A stretch of 64,000 nucleotides of DNA from assembly GCA_963663965.2 (NCBI GenBank), contig CAXXFK010000001.1:1-64000 (forward strand), written 5' to 3'. Positions 50,449-61,194 of this stretch are shown here, in pieces; within the stretch, counting starts at the first letter, position 1; each line of letters starts with the position of its first letter. A program made the position numbers and the translations under genes. A model generated the notes under the pieces. The model ran no database searches and was not told the DNA's origin. It was given only the letters and a program-made list of their open reading frames with translations. This stretch comes from Sedimentisphaerales bacterium. Lineage in GTDB: Bacteria; Planctomycetota; Phycisphaerae; Sedimentisphaerales; SM23-30.

Positions 50449-51564
50449 ATGACGAGATATATTCTGCTGTGTCTGTTTATTGGTTTACTCTCCGGTTTAA
50501 CCATGCTATGCGCCCAAACTCCAGACCAACCCCCCTCACCTCCAGGCAATTTACCGCCTGATAACCAGAATTTTAACCGTGGCCCGGGTCCGGGCGGCCA
50601 GGCGCCTGGTTTTCGCTTCCCCGGCGATCAGTTTGCTTATTCAAACCGACAGATACAGACAGGATTTATCATTCTTAATGGCAATTACCTGGAACCGCCT
50701 TATCTCCTCACCCTGCAGGATAATCAACTTTATATCAATAATATTCCCGGCCCACTCCCCGCTCCCGATCAGCCGGAAACCGAAAATAATTTCGATCCCG
50801 GATTTCGTGGCTGGGGCCGTCCCGGTTTCGGACGGGGCTATTTCATGGCTTTTCGCCACCTTAACAATAACGGCCTGGTCATCGCCCAGGATTACAAACC
50901 TTTGATATATATTCCATCTTACGAAACTTCCAGCGTCCTGGATCTGCTCCGGCAAAACGACAAACCGATCGATACCCGCCTGGAACTTCTCACGAAAATG
51001 GAACTTGAATCAACGGATGCCGACTTATGGAAATTCCTCCTGCAATCTTTTAAACCCACCGAAGAACTTAACGTCCGTGTCGATAAAATGCTCGAAATGC
51101 AGGCTCAGTTTAACCGAATTGATGAAACCCGGATCCCCCAAAAAAATATTCAGCATATGACCTGGCTGGGATTTGCCCTGACCGTTCTGGCACTGGGGAT
51201 ACTCTTAAACCATCGCCCGCCCTCACTGAGAAAATGGCACGGGATCAATCCCTCGCCCCTCGCTTGCCGACAGGTCATTACCCTGATTGCACTTATCGTC
51301 CTTCTCAACGGTTACGATCTGCTATGCACGATTCACGCCCAGCGCTTCTGGGGCCTCTGGGAACTCAACCCCCTGGCGTCTTCCTTCATTGGTAATACCA
51401 ACCACACCTTGCTGTTCAAATCGGCACTGATTATCATTACTGCCACTGTTCTGGTGCTGTTCCGGCGCTATCGGCTCGCCCAGATCGGCGTCTGGTGGAC
51501 CGGGATATTCTATACCGTACTGGTCTTTCGCTGGTCAACGTCTACCTCAATATTCCTCAATTAA
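50449..51564 (+). CDS. Hypothetical membrane protein with C-terminal DUF5658-like domain
   Basis: Signal peptide, Pro/Gly-rich linker, LNGYDLLCT...WELNPLA...K with TM helices. Confidence 0.65.
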   Translation: MTRYILLCLFIGLLSGLTMLCAQTPDQPPSPPGNLPPDNQNFNRGPGPGGQAPGFRFPGDQFAYSNRQIQTGFIILNGNYLEPPYLLTLQDNQLYINNIPGPLPAPDQPETENNFDPGFRGWGRPGFGRGYFMAFRHLNNNGLVIAQDYKPLIYIPSYETSSVLDLLRQNDKPIDTRLELLTKMELESTDADLWKFLLQSFKPTEELNVRVDKMLEMQAQFNRIDETRIPQKNIQHMTWLGFALTVLALGILLNHRPPSLRKWHGINPSPLACRQVITLIALIVLLNGYDLLCTIHAQRFWGLWELNPLASSFIGNTNHTLLFKSALIIITATVLVLFRRYRLAQIGVWWTGIFYTVLVFRWSTSTSIFLN

Positions 51565-51572
51565 CCTGGCTG

Positions 51573-51989
51573 TTATTCACCGATGATCTTGACCAGAACC
51601 CGCTTGCGCCGTTTGCCGTCAAACTCCCCATAAAATATCCGTTCCCAGGGCCCAAAGTCGAGTTGCCCCTCGGTAACCGCCACTACCACTTCACGCCCCA
51701 TGATGGTGCGTTTTAAATGGGCATCCCCATTATCCTCATACCCGTTATGCCGATATCGCGAATAAGGTTTTTCCGGCGCCAGCTGTTCCAGCCAGTCCTC
51801 AAAATCCTGATGTAAACCAGGCTCATCGTCATTAATAAACACACTGGCGGTTATGTGCATAGCATTCACCAGGCACAAACCCTCTCGAATTCCGCTCTCC
51901 GCCAGACAGGTCTCCACCTCACGGGTTATATTGATCAATTCCCGACGACGCTTGATATCGAACCACAATTCCTTGCGATAACTTTTCAT
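51573..51989 (-). CDS. yjbQ: YjbQ/UPF0047 family protein
   Basis: [36 protein letters not shown]. Confidence 0.9.
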   Translation of the reverse strand: MKSYRKELWFDIKRRRELINITREVETCLAESGIREGLCLVNAMHITASVFINDDEPGLHQDFEDWLEQLAPEKPYSRYRHNGYEDNGDAHLKRTIMGREVVVAVTEGQLDFGPWERIFYGEFDGKRRKRVLVKIIGE

Positions 51990-52140
51990 GCCATCTCCTG
52001 ATAATTGACTACAGCATTGACTTTCGCTGATAAGCTAAATATAATTAACACTTTATAAAAACACTTTTGTTCTGGCAATGTGCCGGACAGGGTTTACATC
52101 GCTGATGACTGATACTGATGTAAACCTACAGAATAACCCA

Positions 52141-53085
52141 ATGACCGAAAAGAAAAAGAAAAAAAACAAAAAGCCCAACCCCATCGCCGATTACCTGCTC
52201 TATCTGGTGGTTCGTGTGGCGGCTTTGTTTATCCAGATGGTTCACCCGGATTCCAGTGTTCGCTTCGCCCGTACCATGGGAACCGGACTCTACCTCATCT
52301 ATAAACGAGGACGCAAACGCGCTATGGAACATCTTCTAGCCGCCTATCCCGAAAAAGATCGTCAGTGGCATGAAACCATCTGCCGCCGCAGCTTCGAACA
52401 CCTCGCCATGCTTGCCTTTGACGTCCTGAAAACCTCCCGACTCATCAATCGAACCACCTGGAGAAAGTATATCGAATTCGATAATATTTCTGAAGTCCTC
52501 GAACTGCTCCTGCATAACCAGAGCGTTATTATGGTAACCGGTCACTATGGTAATTTCGAAATTCTGGGATACGCTCTGGCTGTTTTCGGACTCGAAAGTT
52601 ACGCGGTTGCCCGGCCTCTGGACAACAAATACGTCAACGATTTCCTTTTTGGCGTTCGGGAAAAACAAGGCCAGAAAATCGTCGATAAAAAAGGCGCGGC
52701 CGAACATATGATGCAAATACTCGAATCCGGAAGCACCCTGAGTTTCGTTGCCGATCAGAATGCCGGTCGCAAAGGACTCTTTGTCGATTTCTTCGGCCGC
52801 AAAGCCAGCACCTATAAAAGCATCGCCCTGCTGGCCATGCAGTTCAACCTGCCCATCGTGGTTGGATATTGCCGCCGGCTTGATGATCGCTACCGTTTCA
52901 AATTGGGCATGACCCGGATTATCAAACCCGAAGACTGGGCGGACAAAGACAAACCCGTTCTCTGGATCACCGAACAATACACCGCCGCCATCGAAGCCTT
53001 TATCCGTGAGGATCCCGAACAATACTGGTGGGTTCATCGTCGCTGGAAAACCCGGCCACCCGGTGAAGTGAACGCAACGGGTTAA
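52141..53085 (+). CDS. Lipid A late (lauroyl) acyltransferase family (LpxL/HtrB-like)
   Basis: GHYGNFE, ARPLDN, VADQ, VDFFG, PEQYWWVHRRWK; start uncertain (52078-52141). Confidence 0.88.
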   Translation: MTEKKKKKNKKPNPIADYLLYLVVRVAALFIQMVHPDSSVRFARTMGTGLYLIYKRGRKRAMEHLLAAYPEKDRQWHETICRRSFEHLAMLAFDVLKTSRLINRTTWRKYIEFDNISEVLELLLHNQSVIMVTGHYGNFEILGYALAVFGLESYAVARPLDNKYVNDFLFGVREKQGQKIVDKKGAAEHMMQILESGSTLSFVADQNAGRKGLFVDFFGRKASTYKSIALLAMQFNLPIVVGYCRRLDDRYRFKLGMTRIIKPEDWADKDKPVLWITEQYTAAIEAFIREDPEQYWWVHRRWKTRPPGEVNATG

Positions 53086-53110
53086 CCATTTTTTCTGATT
53101 CGGAGTATCA

Positions 53111-53644
53111 ATGGCTAATAGCGGCGCCCATTACGAACAAGCCTTCGAGTCATTTCTGACCCGCACCCAGGCCCAATGGCATCGCATCAACCAGACTCGC
53201 AAAGCCGCTTCTTCCAGCGGCCCGCTTAAAAGCTTCGACTATCTTATTCACCCGGCCAACTCCCCGACCCTCCTGATCGACGTCAAAGGTCGCCGACACA
53301 CCGCCCGGCTTTATCAGCAGGGCAAACTCGGCCAGAATTGGGTCACCCAAGACGATCTCGATGGCCTGACCGCCTGGCAATCCGGTTTCCCTGAAACGGT
53401 GATCGCCCTGTTTGTTTTCACTTACTGGATATATGACCTGCCCCGCCCCCAATCCTTTCCAACCCCTCTTGAACCGCCTTCACCGCTGCTTTTTTATCAT
53501 AATGGCAATTTCTATAGTTTCATCGCTGTACCGTTGGATGATTATCGCCGCCACATGAAACAACGTAGCCCGCGCTGGCAAACGATTTTCATCCCTTCTG
53601 CCCATTTTGAAGCCATCGCCCGGCCATTTCACCCTTCCAGATAA
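53111..53644 (+). CDS. HYExAFE family protein (PD-(D/E)XK nuclease-like)
   Basis: N-terminal HYEQAFE; KSFDY...LIDVKGR; NWVTQDD. Confidence 0.75.
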   Translation: MANSGAHYEQAFESFLTRTQAQWHRINQTRKAASSSGPLKSFDYLIHPANSPTLLIDVKGRRHTARLYQQGKLGQNWVTQDDLDGLTAWQSGFPETVIALFVFTYWIYDLPRPQSFPTPLEPPSPLLFYHNGNFYSFIAVPLDDYRRHMKQRSPRWQTIFIPSAHFEAIARPFHPSR

Positions 53645-54730
53645 TTAATGACCCGTTGATTTCTCACTCTCTATCTCAGCCCTCACCCTGGGCAGCGAGT
53701 CTGGATAATGCGTATTAAGCCACCCCAGCAATTTCTCACGAATCTCACAACGCAAGTCCCATGCCGCCGAGGCATCCGCCGCGCTCATCAGGGCCCGTAA
53801 TTGAACCGCCCGGTCCGTGCAATCAACTACCTGCAAACACGCCACTTTACGGTCCCATTTTTCTGACTGCTCGATGATCTCAAGATAATACGCGCGTACC
53901 TTATCCACCGGCACCCGATAATCCACATACAACACGACCGAGCCCAGCAGATCAGCCGATACCCGTGTCCAGTTCTGAAACGGCTTTTCGATAAAATAAC
54001 CAATCGGTACCACCAGTCGCCGCAAATCCCAGATTCGCACCACAACATAGGTCATCGTAATTTCTTCAATCCGGCCCCATTCCCCTTCCACAATCACTAC
54101 ATCATCGATTCGGATAGGCTGAGTCACGGCAATCTGCATCCCGGCGATAAAGGTCGCAATGGATCGCTGCGCCGCAAACCCGATCACAATTCCGGCGATA
54201 CCGGCCGATCCTAAAATACTCACCCCCAACTGACGCACTTTTTCAAACGTCATTAACATGCACGACACCGTGATGATCAAGACCACAACAATAATAGCCT
54301 TTTTAAAAAAACTGAACTGGGTATGAATCTTTCGCGCCGTCAGATTATCCTTGGCGCTGACATCATACCGCTGAATGAAAACATCCTCCAATACCTCGGT
54401 ACTCCGAATCACCAGCCAGGCGATCATCGCGATCAAAAGCAACCCGACGGTTTGCCGGGATACCTCCACCCATCCATGCACAGATTCGGTGATCGGCAAT
54501 GATTGCAATCCAGGCAGTAAAAACAAACACAACAACAAAAAAAACGCCGGCCGTTGGCAATACTTCAGTAAGGCCGGATAGATAACACTCTTTTCATTTT
54601 TCCGCTTTAAAAGCTTAATTAGACCGACTGAAACCCAATAAGCCAGTATCGCCAATGCGACAAACGGCATCAACCGTAGGGTAATATCCCATAAGGACGA
54701 CAAAAACTGTTTGATTTCTTCCTGCATCAC
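53645..54730 (-). CDS. Small-conductance mechanosensitive channel (MscS family)
   Basis: SAGIAGIVIGFAAQ, QPIRIDDVVIVEGEWGRIEEI, PFQNWT. Confidence 0.9.
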   Translation of the reverse strand: MMQEEIKQFLSSLWDITLRLMPFVALAILAYWVSVGLIKLLKRKNEKSVIYPALLKYCQRPAFFLLLCLFLLPGLQSLPITESVHGWVEVSRQTVGLLLIAMIAWLVIRSTEVLEDVFIQRYDVSAKDNLTARKIHTQFSFFKKAIIVVVLIITVSCMLMTFEKVRQLGVSILGSAGIAGIVIGFAAQRSIATFIAGMQIAVTQPIRIDDVVIVEGEWGRIEEITMTYVVVRIWDLRRLVVPIGYFIEKPFQNWTRVSADLLGSVVLYVDYRVPVDKVRAYYLEIIEQSEKWDRKVACLQVVDCTDRAVQLRALMSAADASAAWDLRCEIREKLLGWLNTHYPDSLPRVRAEIESEKSTGH

Positions 54731-54848
54731 TCGCCTCTTTTATCGAATTAATAAGTCGTATCATCCGCCCACTTCCCCATAGCGGTCGCAATTTATCTGT
54801 CCACATATCTATTATAGGATCATAAGCGGCTTATGCCGAAAATTGCTT

Positions 54849-55739
54849 TCATTCAGGCGTATATGGTTCGATATGCACCAGCACATCGACAATATCAGGT
54901 CCGTTTTCCAGCAATTCGCCTTCTACCCGTTTGGCAACATCATGTCCCTGTCCTACGGTCAGTTCCGGAGCGACTTGCACATGTAAATCGACTTGCAAAC
55001 CCGATCCGATATGGCGGGTTCGCACTTTATGGGTTGTAATCACCCCCTCCGTTTGATAAATAATCTCCTTGATGATCTTCAACTCTTCTTGAGTCGCGCC
55101 CGCGTCCATCAAATGCCGGATCTGGGGCATGGCGATTTCCTTGGCCGCCTTGACAATCAATACTGACACCACGACCGCCGCGATATGGTCCAGATATTGC
55201 CACTCGGGATTAATGCGTATCCCAACGACCGCCAGCACAACTGGAATGGAACTGATCGCGTCACTGCGATGGTGCCAGGCGTTCGCAATCACTGCCGACG
55301 ACTTGATGGCTTTGCCTGCCTTGACAGTCCAGCGATAGAGCCATTCCTTCACCACCACAGATACGACCGCCGCAACCAACGCCAGCATTCCCGGGATATG
55401 GCTCTCGCCCTTGTGCAAGGTGATGACTGCGTTATAACAGATGCCGATCCCTACCCCCGCCAGCATCAACGCAATGAACAAACTCACCAGCATCTCCAAC
55501 CGGCCATGCCCATAGGGATGCTCCTCATCCGCAGGTTCACTCCAGAATCGCACGCCGACAATGACCGCGACATCGGTCACCATATCTGACAGACTGTGCG
55601 CCGCATCCGCGATCAGCGCCTGACTGTGGCCCAGTATCCCCATGACAAACTTCAATCCCGCCAACCCCAGGTTAATGATCATCCCCCAAACCGTTACCCG
55701 CTTTATCGAACCTGAATGTGTCTGCTTGATTCCACTCAT
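54849..55739 (-). CDS. Cation diffusion facilitator (FieF-like)
   Basis: SQALIADAAHSLSD, HPYGHGR, NAWHHRSD, VLVHIEP. Confidence 0.92.
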   Translation of the reverse strand: MSGIKQTHSGSIKRVTVWGMIINLGLAGLKFVMGILGHSQALIADAAHSLSDMVTDVAVIVGVRFWSEPADEEHPYGHGRLEMLVSLFIALMLAGVGIGICYNAVITLHKGESHIPGMLALVAAVVSVVVKEWLYRWTVKAGKAIKSSAVIANAWHHRSDAISSIPVVLAVVGIRINPEWQYLDHIAAVVVSVLIVKAAKEIAMPQIRHLMDAGATQEELKIIKEIIYQTEGVITTHKVRTRHIGSGLQVDLHVQVAPELTVGQGHDVAKRVEGELLENGPDIVDVLVHIEPYTPE

Positions 55740-56077
55740 TATTTATATCAAATCCACAGGAAATCTACCTAAGTCAATACTACTCCAAAACATTTAAACT
55801 GATTCCTTGCCATTCACAAGTATTTTTTATCCACGTTCCTCTTTATCTGTATAATAACTGCTCAGAACTCTATCAATACTCCATGTGGGCTGCCCACTGC
55901 CAAATCTTTGTTTATCCTTCCTGGCACCACTCGTACCTGATTACATAAACACTATTTTCCCTTTTTCCAACAAAAGACTGTCATTATAAAAGGTTTGCCA
56001 TCAAAGGCCCGATAATATAACTGGATTGAGAATAATACGAGTCTTTTTAATACTCGACGAGAGGATTTTCGGCCGCT

Positions 56078-58261
56078 ATGACCTTAATAAATGAACTGGT
56101 AGATATTCAAAATATCACAACACACATTCAGACTCTGATCGATGCGGGTCATCAATCCAATGCCGCTGGTTGGATACAGCAGAATATCCCGTCCTTGTCT
56201 CAATCGTCAACGGATAACATTCGTATTAACTGGCATCTACTGCAAGGTTTGAAATTCGCACTCCTGGGGCAATCAAGCCAGGCGATTCAACACTTCTCTC
56301 AAGCAGCAAAAGAACTCCCATCCAGCCGTTATCCCGAACCAGATAATCTCTTTTCCAGATTTTTCCTGCAATCCCAGTTGCAACTCCCCCAAGAAACTAT
56401 TCCTGCTATTCGACAAGCTAATATCTATCTTCAGAGCAATTTGGAGGCCCTAAATCAAGTTGATCCCATCCTGGCTCACGAAATACAGGTCTCCCCTCTC
56501 CCATCGGATTTCCTGATCCTGGATTACTGGTCCGGTCTCCACCTTCTTGACCATAAAACGAACCGCCTCCTTACTCTCGAACCAGCGCTTATTCGGCAAC
56601 TCCCAGATTATCTTGAACGAAACGAACCCATTACCTTTTCCGGAATCGGCTCTGGCCAGGAAATCCGCTATTGTTTACAGCATCGCACTCGATTCATTCA
56701 TGGCATGACCAACGCCCATTATGTCTTCGAAAACTCCCCGGCGCAAATTCGTTTGCTGATGAGTCTGGACGATTTCAGCCATGCCATCCAAAACCATATC
56801 CTGATCTTCTTTGGCGGCGGCAACCGGCGTCAGCGAATCACCGAGACCTTCCAGAGCCTGCGCTATCCTGGTCCTTATCTCATTCTGGGCCCCCGCGATG
56901 CGATTATGCCAGAGGTTTCCAATATCTGGCAATGGTATAAACCTGACGACCTCAAAACCCGCACTCGCGATTACTACCGCAGCCCGATATTTCAACAGCG
57001 CCTGCGCGATATCGCTGCCGGGAAAATCTTGCCGCGCATTATGGTGGAAACCAGCCGTTGGACCACCTTTCTCAAATGGAGCGCCATCGATTTTCAAAAG
57101 GCCTTTGAGCAACTCGGCTGCCAGACCCGGTTTCTCATCGAACAAACCGATACCGAACGCCTGAGCGCCACACTGCGCTTCCGGGAAATGGATACCTTCA
57201 AGCCTGACGCCTGGTTTATGATCACCCACGCCCGACCCTCATTGAATGACCAGATCCCTCCCGAACTGCCGTTTATCTCCTATCTCCAGGATCGTTGTGG
57301 CGCCTTATGGACCACCGACGAAACCGACCTGAATCAATTGGCGTCATCACACGATCTGTTTATCTGCCTCGTTAGTGAATTCGCAGAATATCTTAAATCA
57401 AAAAAAATTCGCCCCGAACAGATGTTCATCCTTCCGGTTCCAGCCGATGAAACAATGTTCTTCCCTCTCCAACCGGATGATCCTCAGGCCCAAAGATTTG
57501 ACTGTGATGTGTCCTATGTCAAACATGGTAACGCCGATACGGATGCCATCTATCGTGATTGGCTCCAACAAAAGGAACTATATAACCCTACCCCGAACTT
57601 GATACCCTTAGCCAATTTTTACCACAACCTCTACCAGGCCATGAAGGCCGATCTGGCACGACGCTGGCCTGAAGATGAACTGCATGACCTGATTGAAAAC
57701 GCCTTCGGCCATTATCTCAATCCAAGCCAGAATAATGCCCTGCATCAGATGATGACCAGCTTCTCAAAATGTGTATATGTTGCCTGCCGGCGAAAATACT
57801 ACCTGCAAGGCTTGCTCGACATCGATATCAATCTGAAACTTTACGGTCACGGCTGGTCAGAAGACAAACAATTCAAACATTGCGCCGGTGGTCCGATAGA
57901 CCGCTCCCGGGAACTCAACGGGGTTTATAATTTCACCCGAATTAATCTCCATATGCAACCCAATGGCTCTATGCACCCGCGCGTGGTTGAATGTGCCCTT
58001 GCGGGCGGTTTTATGATGATCGCTGATATTCCTGCCGAAAAAGACTGGAGTCCTGTACGCCGCTATTTTCGCGAAGGAAGTGAAATCATCCTCTACGAAA
58101 CTCGCGAAGACTTAACCGATAAATGCCGCTATTTCCTTGAACATCCCTCTGAACGCATCGAAATATCACGGCGCTTCCATCAGCGCGCTCTCCAGAACCA
58201 CACAATCCAGACGGCAGCCCGCCAGACCCTCCAATGCTGGCTTGCTTTACTTAACAAATAA
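56078..58261 (+). CDS. Glycosyltransferase (CgeB/Glyco_trans_1_2-like C-terminus) with Maf-like N-terminal region
   Basis: NLEAL..VDP.LA, SGIGSG, YVFE; C-terminal LYGHGW, INLHMQ...HPRVVECALAGGF. Confidence 0.65.
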   Translation: MTLINELVDIQNITTHIQTLIDAGHQSNAAGWIQQNIPSLSQSSTDNIRINWHLLQGLKFALLGQSSQAIQHFSQAAKELPSSRYPEPDNLFSRFFLQSQLQLPQETIPAIRQANIYLQSNLEALNQVDPILAHEIQVSPLPSDFLILDYWSGLHLLDHKTNRLLTLEPALIRQLPDYLERNEPITFSGIGSGQEIRYCLQHRTRFIHGMTNAHYVFENSPAQIRLLMSLDDFSHAIQNHILIFFGGGNRRQRITETFQSLRYPGPYLILGPRDAIMPEVSNIWQWYKPDDLKTRTRDYYRSPIFQQRLRDIAAGKILPRIMVETSRWTTFLKWSAIDFQKAFEQLGCQTRFLIEQTDTERLSATLRFREMDTFKPDAWFMITHARPSLNDQIPPELPFISYLQDRCGALWTTDETDLNQLASSHDLFICLVSEFAEYLKSKKIRPEQMFILPVPADETMFFPLQPDDPQAQRFDCDVSYVKHGNADTDAIYRDWLQQKELYNPTPNLIPLANFYHNLYQAMKADLARRWPEDELHDLIENAFGHYLNPSQNNALHQMMTSFSKCVYVACRRKYYLQGLLDIDINLKLYGHGWSEDKQFKHCAGGPIDRSRELNGVYNFTRINLHMQPNGSMHPRVVECALAGGFMMIADIPAEKDWSPVRRYFREGSEIILYETREDLTDKCRYFLEHPSERIEISRRFHQRALQNHTIQTAARQTLQCWLALLNK

Positions 58262-58270
58262 ATCATCAAA

Positions 58271-59482
58271 ATGAAATCAACACCGCATTTTAAACCAACT
58301 CGCCACAATATTAAATCCAGCCAACCCAACCCGTTGACTCGAAAAACTTCCTGGAAATCGTCCCCCGTGATCTGTCCCATTTGTCAACATCCCCAATCTG
58401 GTTATCATGAGATCCCATTCGATTTCTTTCGCCATATGGATTTCGAAACCATCAAGACCGGTGGCCAGATCATTGCCTGCGAAACCTGTGGCCAGATCTC
58501 CAATCACTTTAATCCCAGGGAAACAGCATCGGTTGCATCATTATTTACCAGTGAGGCTTATTCACGAAGTAATCAAACCAGCCAAACTGCCATAGACAAA
58601 CTGGCAGACAACCAGATTGTAAGCCGTTGTCTGCTTCAGGCCCGTTTGATTCAAAAATATCTGCCGGCATCTCAACCTTCGATTTTGGATATTGGTTGCT
58701 TTGATGGCATGCTGCTGCGGCATCTTCGGCAATGTCTGCCGGCATCAGCGATATTACATGGCTATGATATCAATCCATGGTTGGCCAACCGGTTTCCAAC
58801 CGATCTGGATTTACGGTTTTGGTGTGGATCGCTCGCTGAAGTTCAGGGCCCATTCAATTTAATCAGTTTGCCCTATTCTCTGATGTATATGGACAACCTG
58901 AACGTTTTTTTTACTCAGATTAACCGCCTGCTTACCCCGGATGGTCAACTGTATATTCAAGTGCCGAATATTATTCATAACATTTGTACATTGCTGATGG
59001 GGGATCAATATGGATATTACACACCCGACAGTTTAACCAGCCTGCTCAACTACTTTAATTTTGATGTTCAGTTCATTCCAACGGATTGGGCTCCACGTGA
59101 CATTATCTGTCTGGCTCGGTATCGGCATAAAAATACGCTTGATGCTAAACCCACCTTACCTGATATATCTATTTTACTTTCTCAGTTGTATTCCCTGGCG
59201 ATAAATTTAATTCGTTTCCAGTCACTTCAGCCGCTCTGGATCCTCGGCACCACGACTAACGCCGCGTTCAGCGATAGTATTCTGGATCATGCCATCACTG
59301 GTTTCGTTGACGAAAATCCCAACCGGATCCAGACTCTCCTCCGCGCCAAACCGGTGCGCCATCCCCAATCCCTTCAGCCCGATGATACCATCCTCATCCC
59401 CTACGGCCCTACCAGCCAGACCATTGCCAACCGGCTGCAAGCCCGATATCCCGGCCATTACATCCCGGTCGACTGGGAATAA
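58271..59482 (+). CDS. Class I SAM methyltransferase with N-terminal Zn motif (sugar C-methyltransferase-like)
   Basis: CPIC...CETC, ILDIGCFDG, LTPDG.LYIQVPN, C-terminal GFVDENP. Confidence 0.75.
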   Translation: MKSTPHFKPTRHNIKSSQPNPLTRKTSWKSSPVICPICQHPQSGYHEIPFDFFRHMDFETIKTGGQIIACETCGQISNHFNPRETASVASLFTSEAYSRSNQTSQTAIDKLADNQIVSRCLLQARLIQKYLPASQPSILDIGCFDGMLLRHLRQCLPASAILHGYDINPWLANRFPTDLDLRFWCGSLAEVQGPFNLISLPYSLMYMDNLNVFFTQINRLLTPDGQLYIQVPNIIHNICTLLMGDQYGYYTPDSLTSLLNYFNFDVQFIPTDWAPRDIICLARYRHKNTLDAKPTLPDISILLSQLYSLAINLIRFQSLQPLWILGTTTNAAFSDSILDHAITGFVDENPNRIQTLLRAKPVRHPQSLQPDDTILIPYGPTSQTIANRLQARYPGHYIPVDWE

Positions 59483-59760
59483 GATCCCTCTTTTATTGAA
59501 TCGAAGCAGTTCCCAAGTCAACCGGATACTGCCTGAAAAACCTGCCCGAACCATTTTTGTGGCATGCATCAAACGGATGGCATCCTCTACCAGAAACAGA
59601 AAACATTAAATTAGTTTATTAACGGCCCACACCTTGGACTACCCCTCCGGCAGGCGGCGATTCTTTTAAAATTCCTCCTAAATACCTGTTGAAATCCGGT
59701 GATCGATGTAATACATTAAGGTTTTCGCGTTGATGCGAAACTGAGAGGATAGTTCGATTT

Positions 59761-61080
59761 ATGGGCCCCAAAACTCAAGCGCTGATTACCCGAAAACTAC
59801 GGCTCCGACGGGGCCAGTTGTTGGGCAAATATCGTCTCGACAGCCAGTTGGGCGTCGGTGGTTATTGCGAAGTTTGGAAGGCCCGGGATACGATTGAAGG
59901 TATTCCCGTTGCGCTCAAAATCCCCCTGATCGACAGTTCTGGCAAACGCGATAATCAGGTGCTTCTCAAAGAAGTACGGCTTGTTTCCCAATTGCGTCAC
60001 CCCAATATCATGCCGGTCAAAAACGCAGATATCATCAACGGGCACGCCGTTATGGCTACCGAGATTGGACGGCGCACACTTGAAAACTGCTCTCGGCCCA
60101 TGTCGGTCAAGCGCATTGTCAATATCCTCTCGGAGGTCCTGTCCGCCCTGAGTTATGCCCACGCCCACCGGGTGGTTCATTGTGATGTGACCCCGGGCAA
60201 TATCTTTCTCTTTCCCGATGGCCGGGTCTTACTGGGCGATTTCGGTATCGGCCTGGAAATGAAAGGACGGCCCGTCACTAGCGTGGATTTTGGCACTCCG
60301 GGCTATGTCGCTCCGGAACAGGCGTACGGTAAACCAACCTATCGCAGTGACTGCTTCGCTGTCGGCCTGATCCTGTATGAATTCCTGACCGGAATCCTGC
60401 CCCACTGGCCCTATCGCTGGCCGTTCAAAGGCCACGAACGCCTCCGTCAGAAAACCAATCATTCTATTGTCCATTTTATTAAACAGGCCCTTATGGTGGA
60501 TCCCGCCCGTCGATTTGCCAATGCCGAGGAAATGCTCAGCGCCTTCCATGACGCCCTGCCTCGCCGGATTCTGGATTCCCTTTCCGTACAGGTCTCTCCT
60601 CGCAAAATCAAAGACTGGAAACAATTACGTCGCGATGAGTTTATCCAGCGCTATCAGCGAATGCTCGGGCCATTCTCACGTTGTGTCGAGTGCCATGAAC
60701 CGGTCTCTGAGTCAATGGCCTGGTGCCCCTGGTGCGGCACCGACAAAAACCGGTTTGCCCACCGAACCGCTTTCAAATATTATTGCCCCGATTGCGAAAG
60801 GGGTATGACACCAGAATGGCATTTCTGCCCTTGGTGTTTTGGGGCCGGCTTTGATGAGCCTGCCGAGAAAATCAATCGGTCGATTCACTATCACACGACC
60901 TGCAGCCATTGCCATGGTAAACTTATGCGGTTTATGCGATATTGCCCCTGGTGCCACCGCAAAGTATCCACCCCATGGCAGGTCCGCCCCTTCCCGGAAA
61001 TCTGCGGAAACTGTTCCTGGTCTGTTGATTCAGTATATTGGACCTACTGTCCCTGGTGCCGTCAGAGATTGCATATCTAA
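59761..61080 (+). CDS. Hanks-type Ser/Thr kinase with four C-terminal zinc ribbons
   Basis: LGVGGY, VALK, HCDVTPGN, DFG, GTPGYVAPE, SD.FAVG; four CxxC-x10-CPWC units. Confidence 0.9.
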   Translation: MGPKTQALITRKLRLRRGQLLGKYRLDSQLGVGGYCEVWKARDTIEGIPVALKIPLIDSSGKRDNQVLLKEVRLVSQLRHPNIMPVKNADIINGHAVMATEIGRRTLENCSRPMSVKRIVNILSEVLSALSYAHAHRVVHCDVTPGNIFLFPDGRVLLGDFGIGLEMKGRPVTSVDFGTPGYVAPEQAYGKPTYRSDCFAVGLILYEFLTGILPHWPYRWPFKGHERLRQKTNHSIVHFIKQALMVDPARRFANAEEMLSAFHDALPRRILDSLSVQVSPRKIKDWKQLRRDEFIQRYQRMLGPFSRCVECHEPVSESMAWCPWCGTDKNRFAHRTAFKYYCPDCERGMTPEWHFCPWCFGAGFDEPAEKINRSIHYHTTCSHCHGKLMRFMRYCPWCHRKVSTPWQVRPFPEICGNCSWSVDSVYWTYCPWCRQRLHI

Positions 61081-61194
61081 TACATTAATATTGATTAATA
61101 ATTTTTTGACTTTTATACATACTTTATTATTAATTTCAATATTAATTAAGATTTAACAATTCCCTTATCCAGTCTGGTCGATATAATTAGATAA

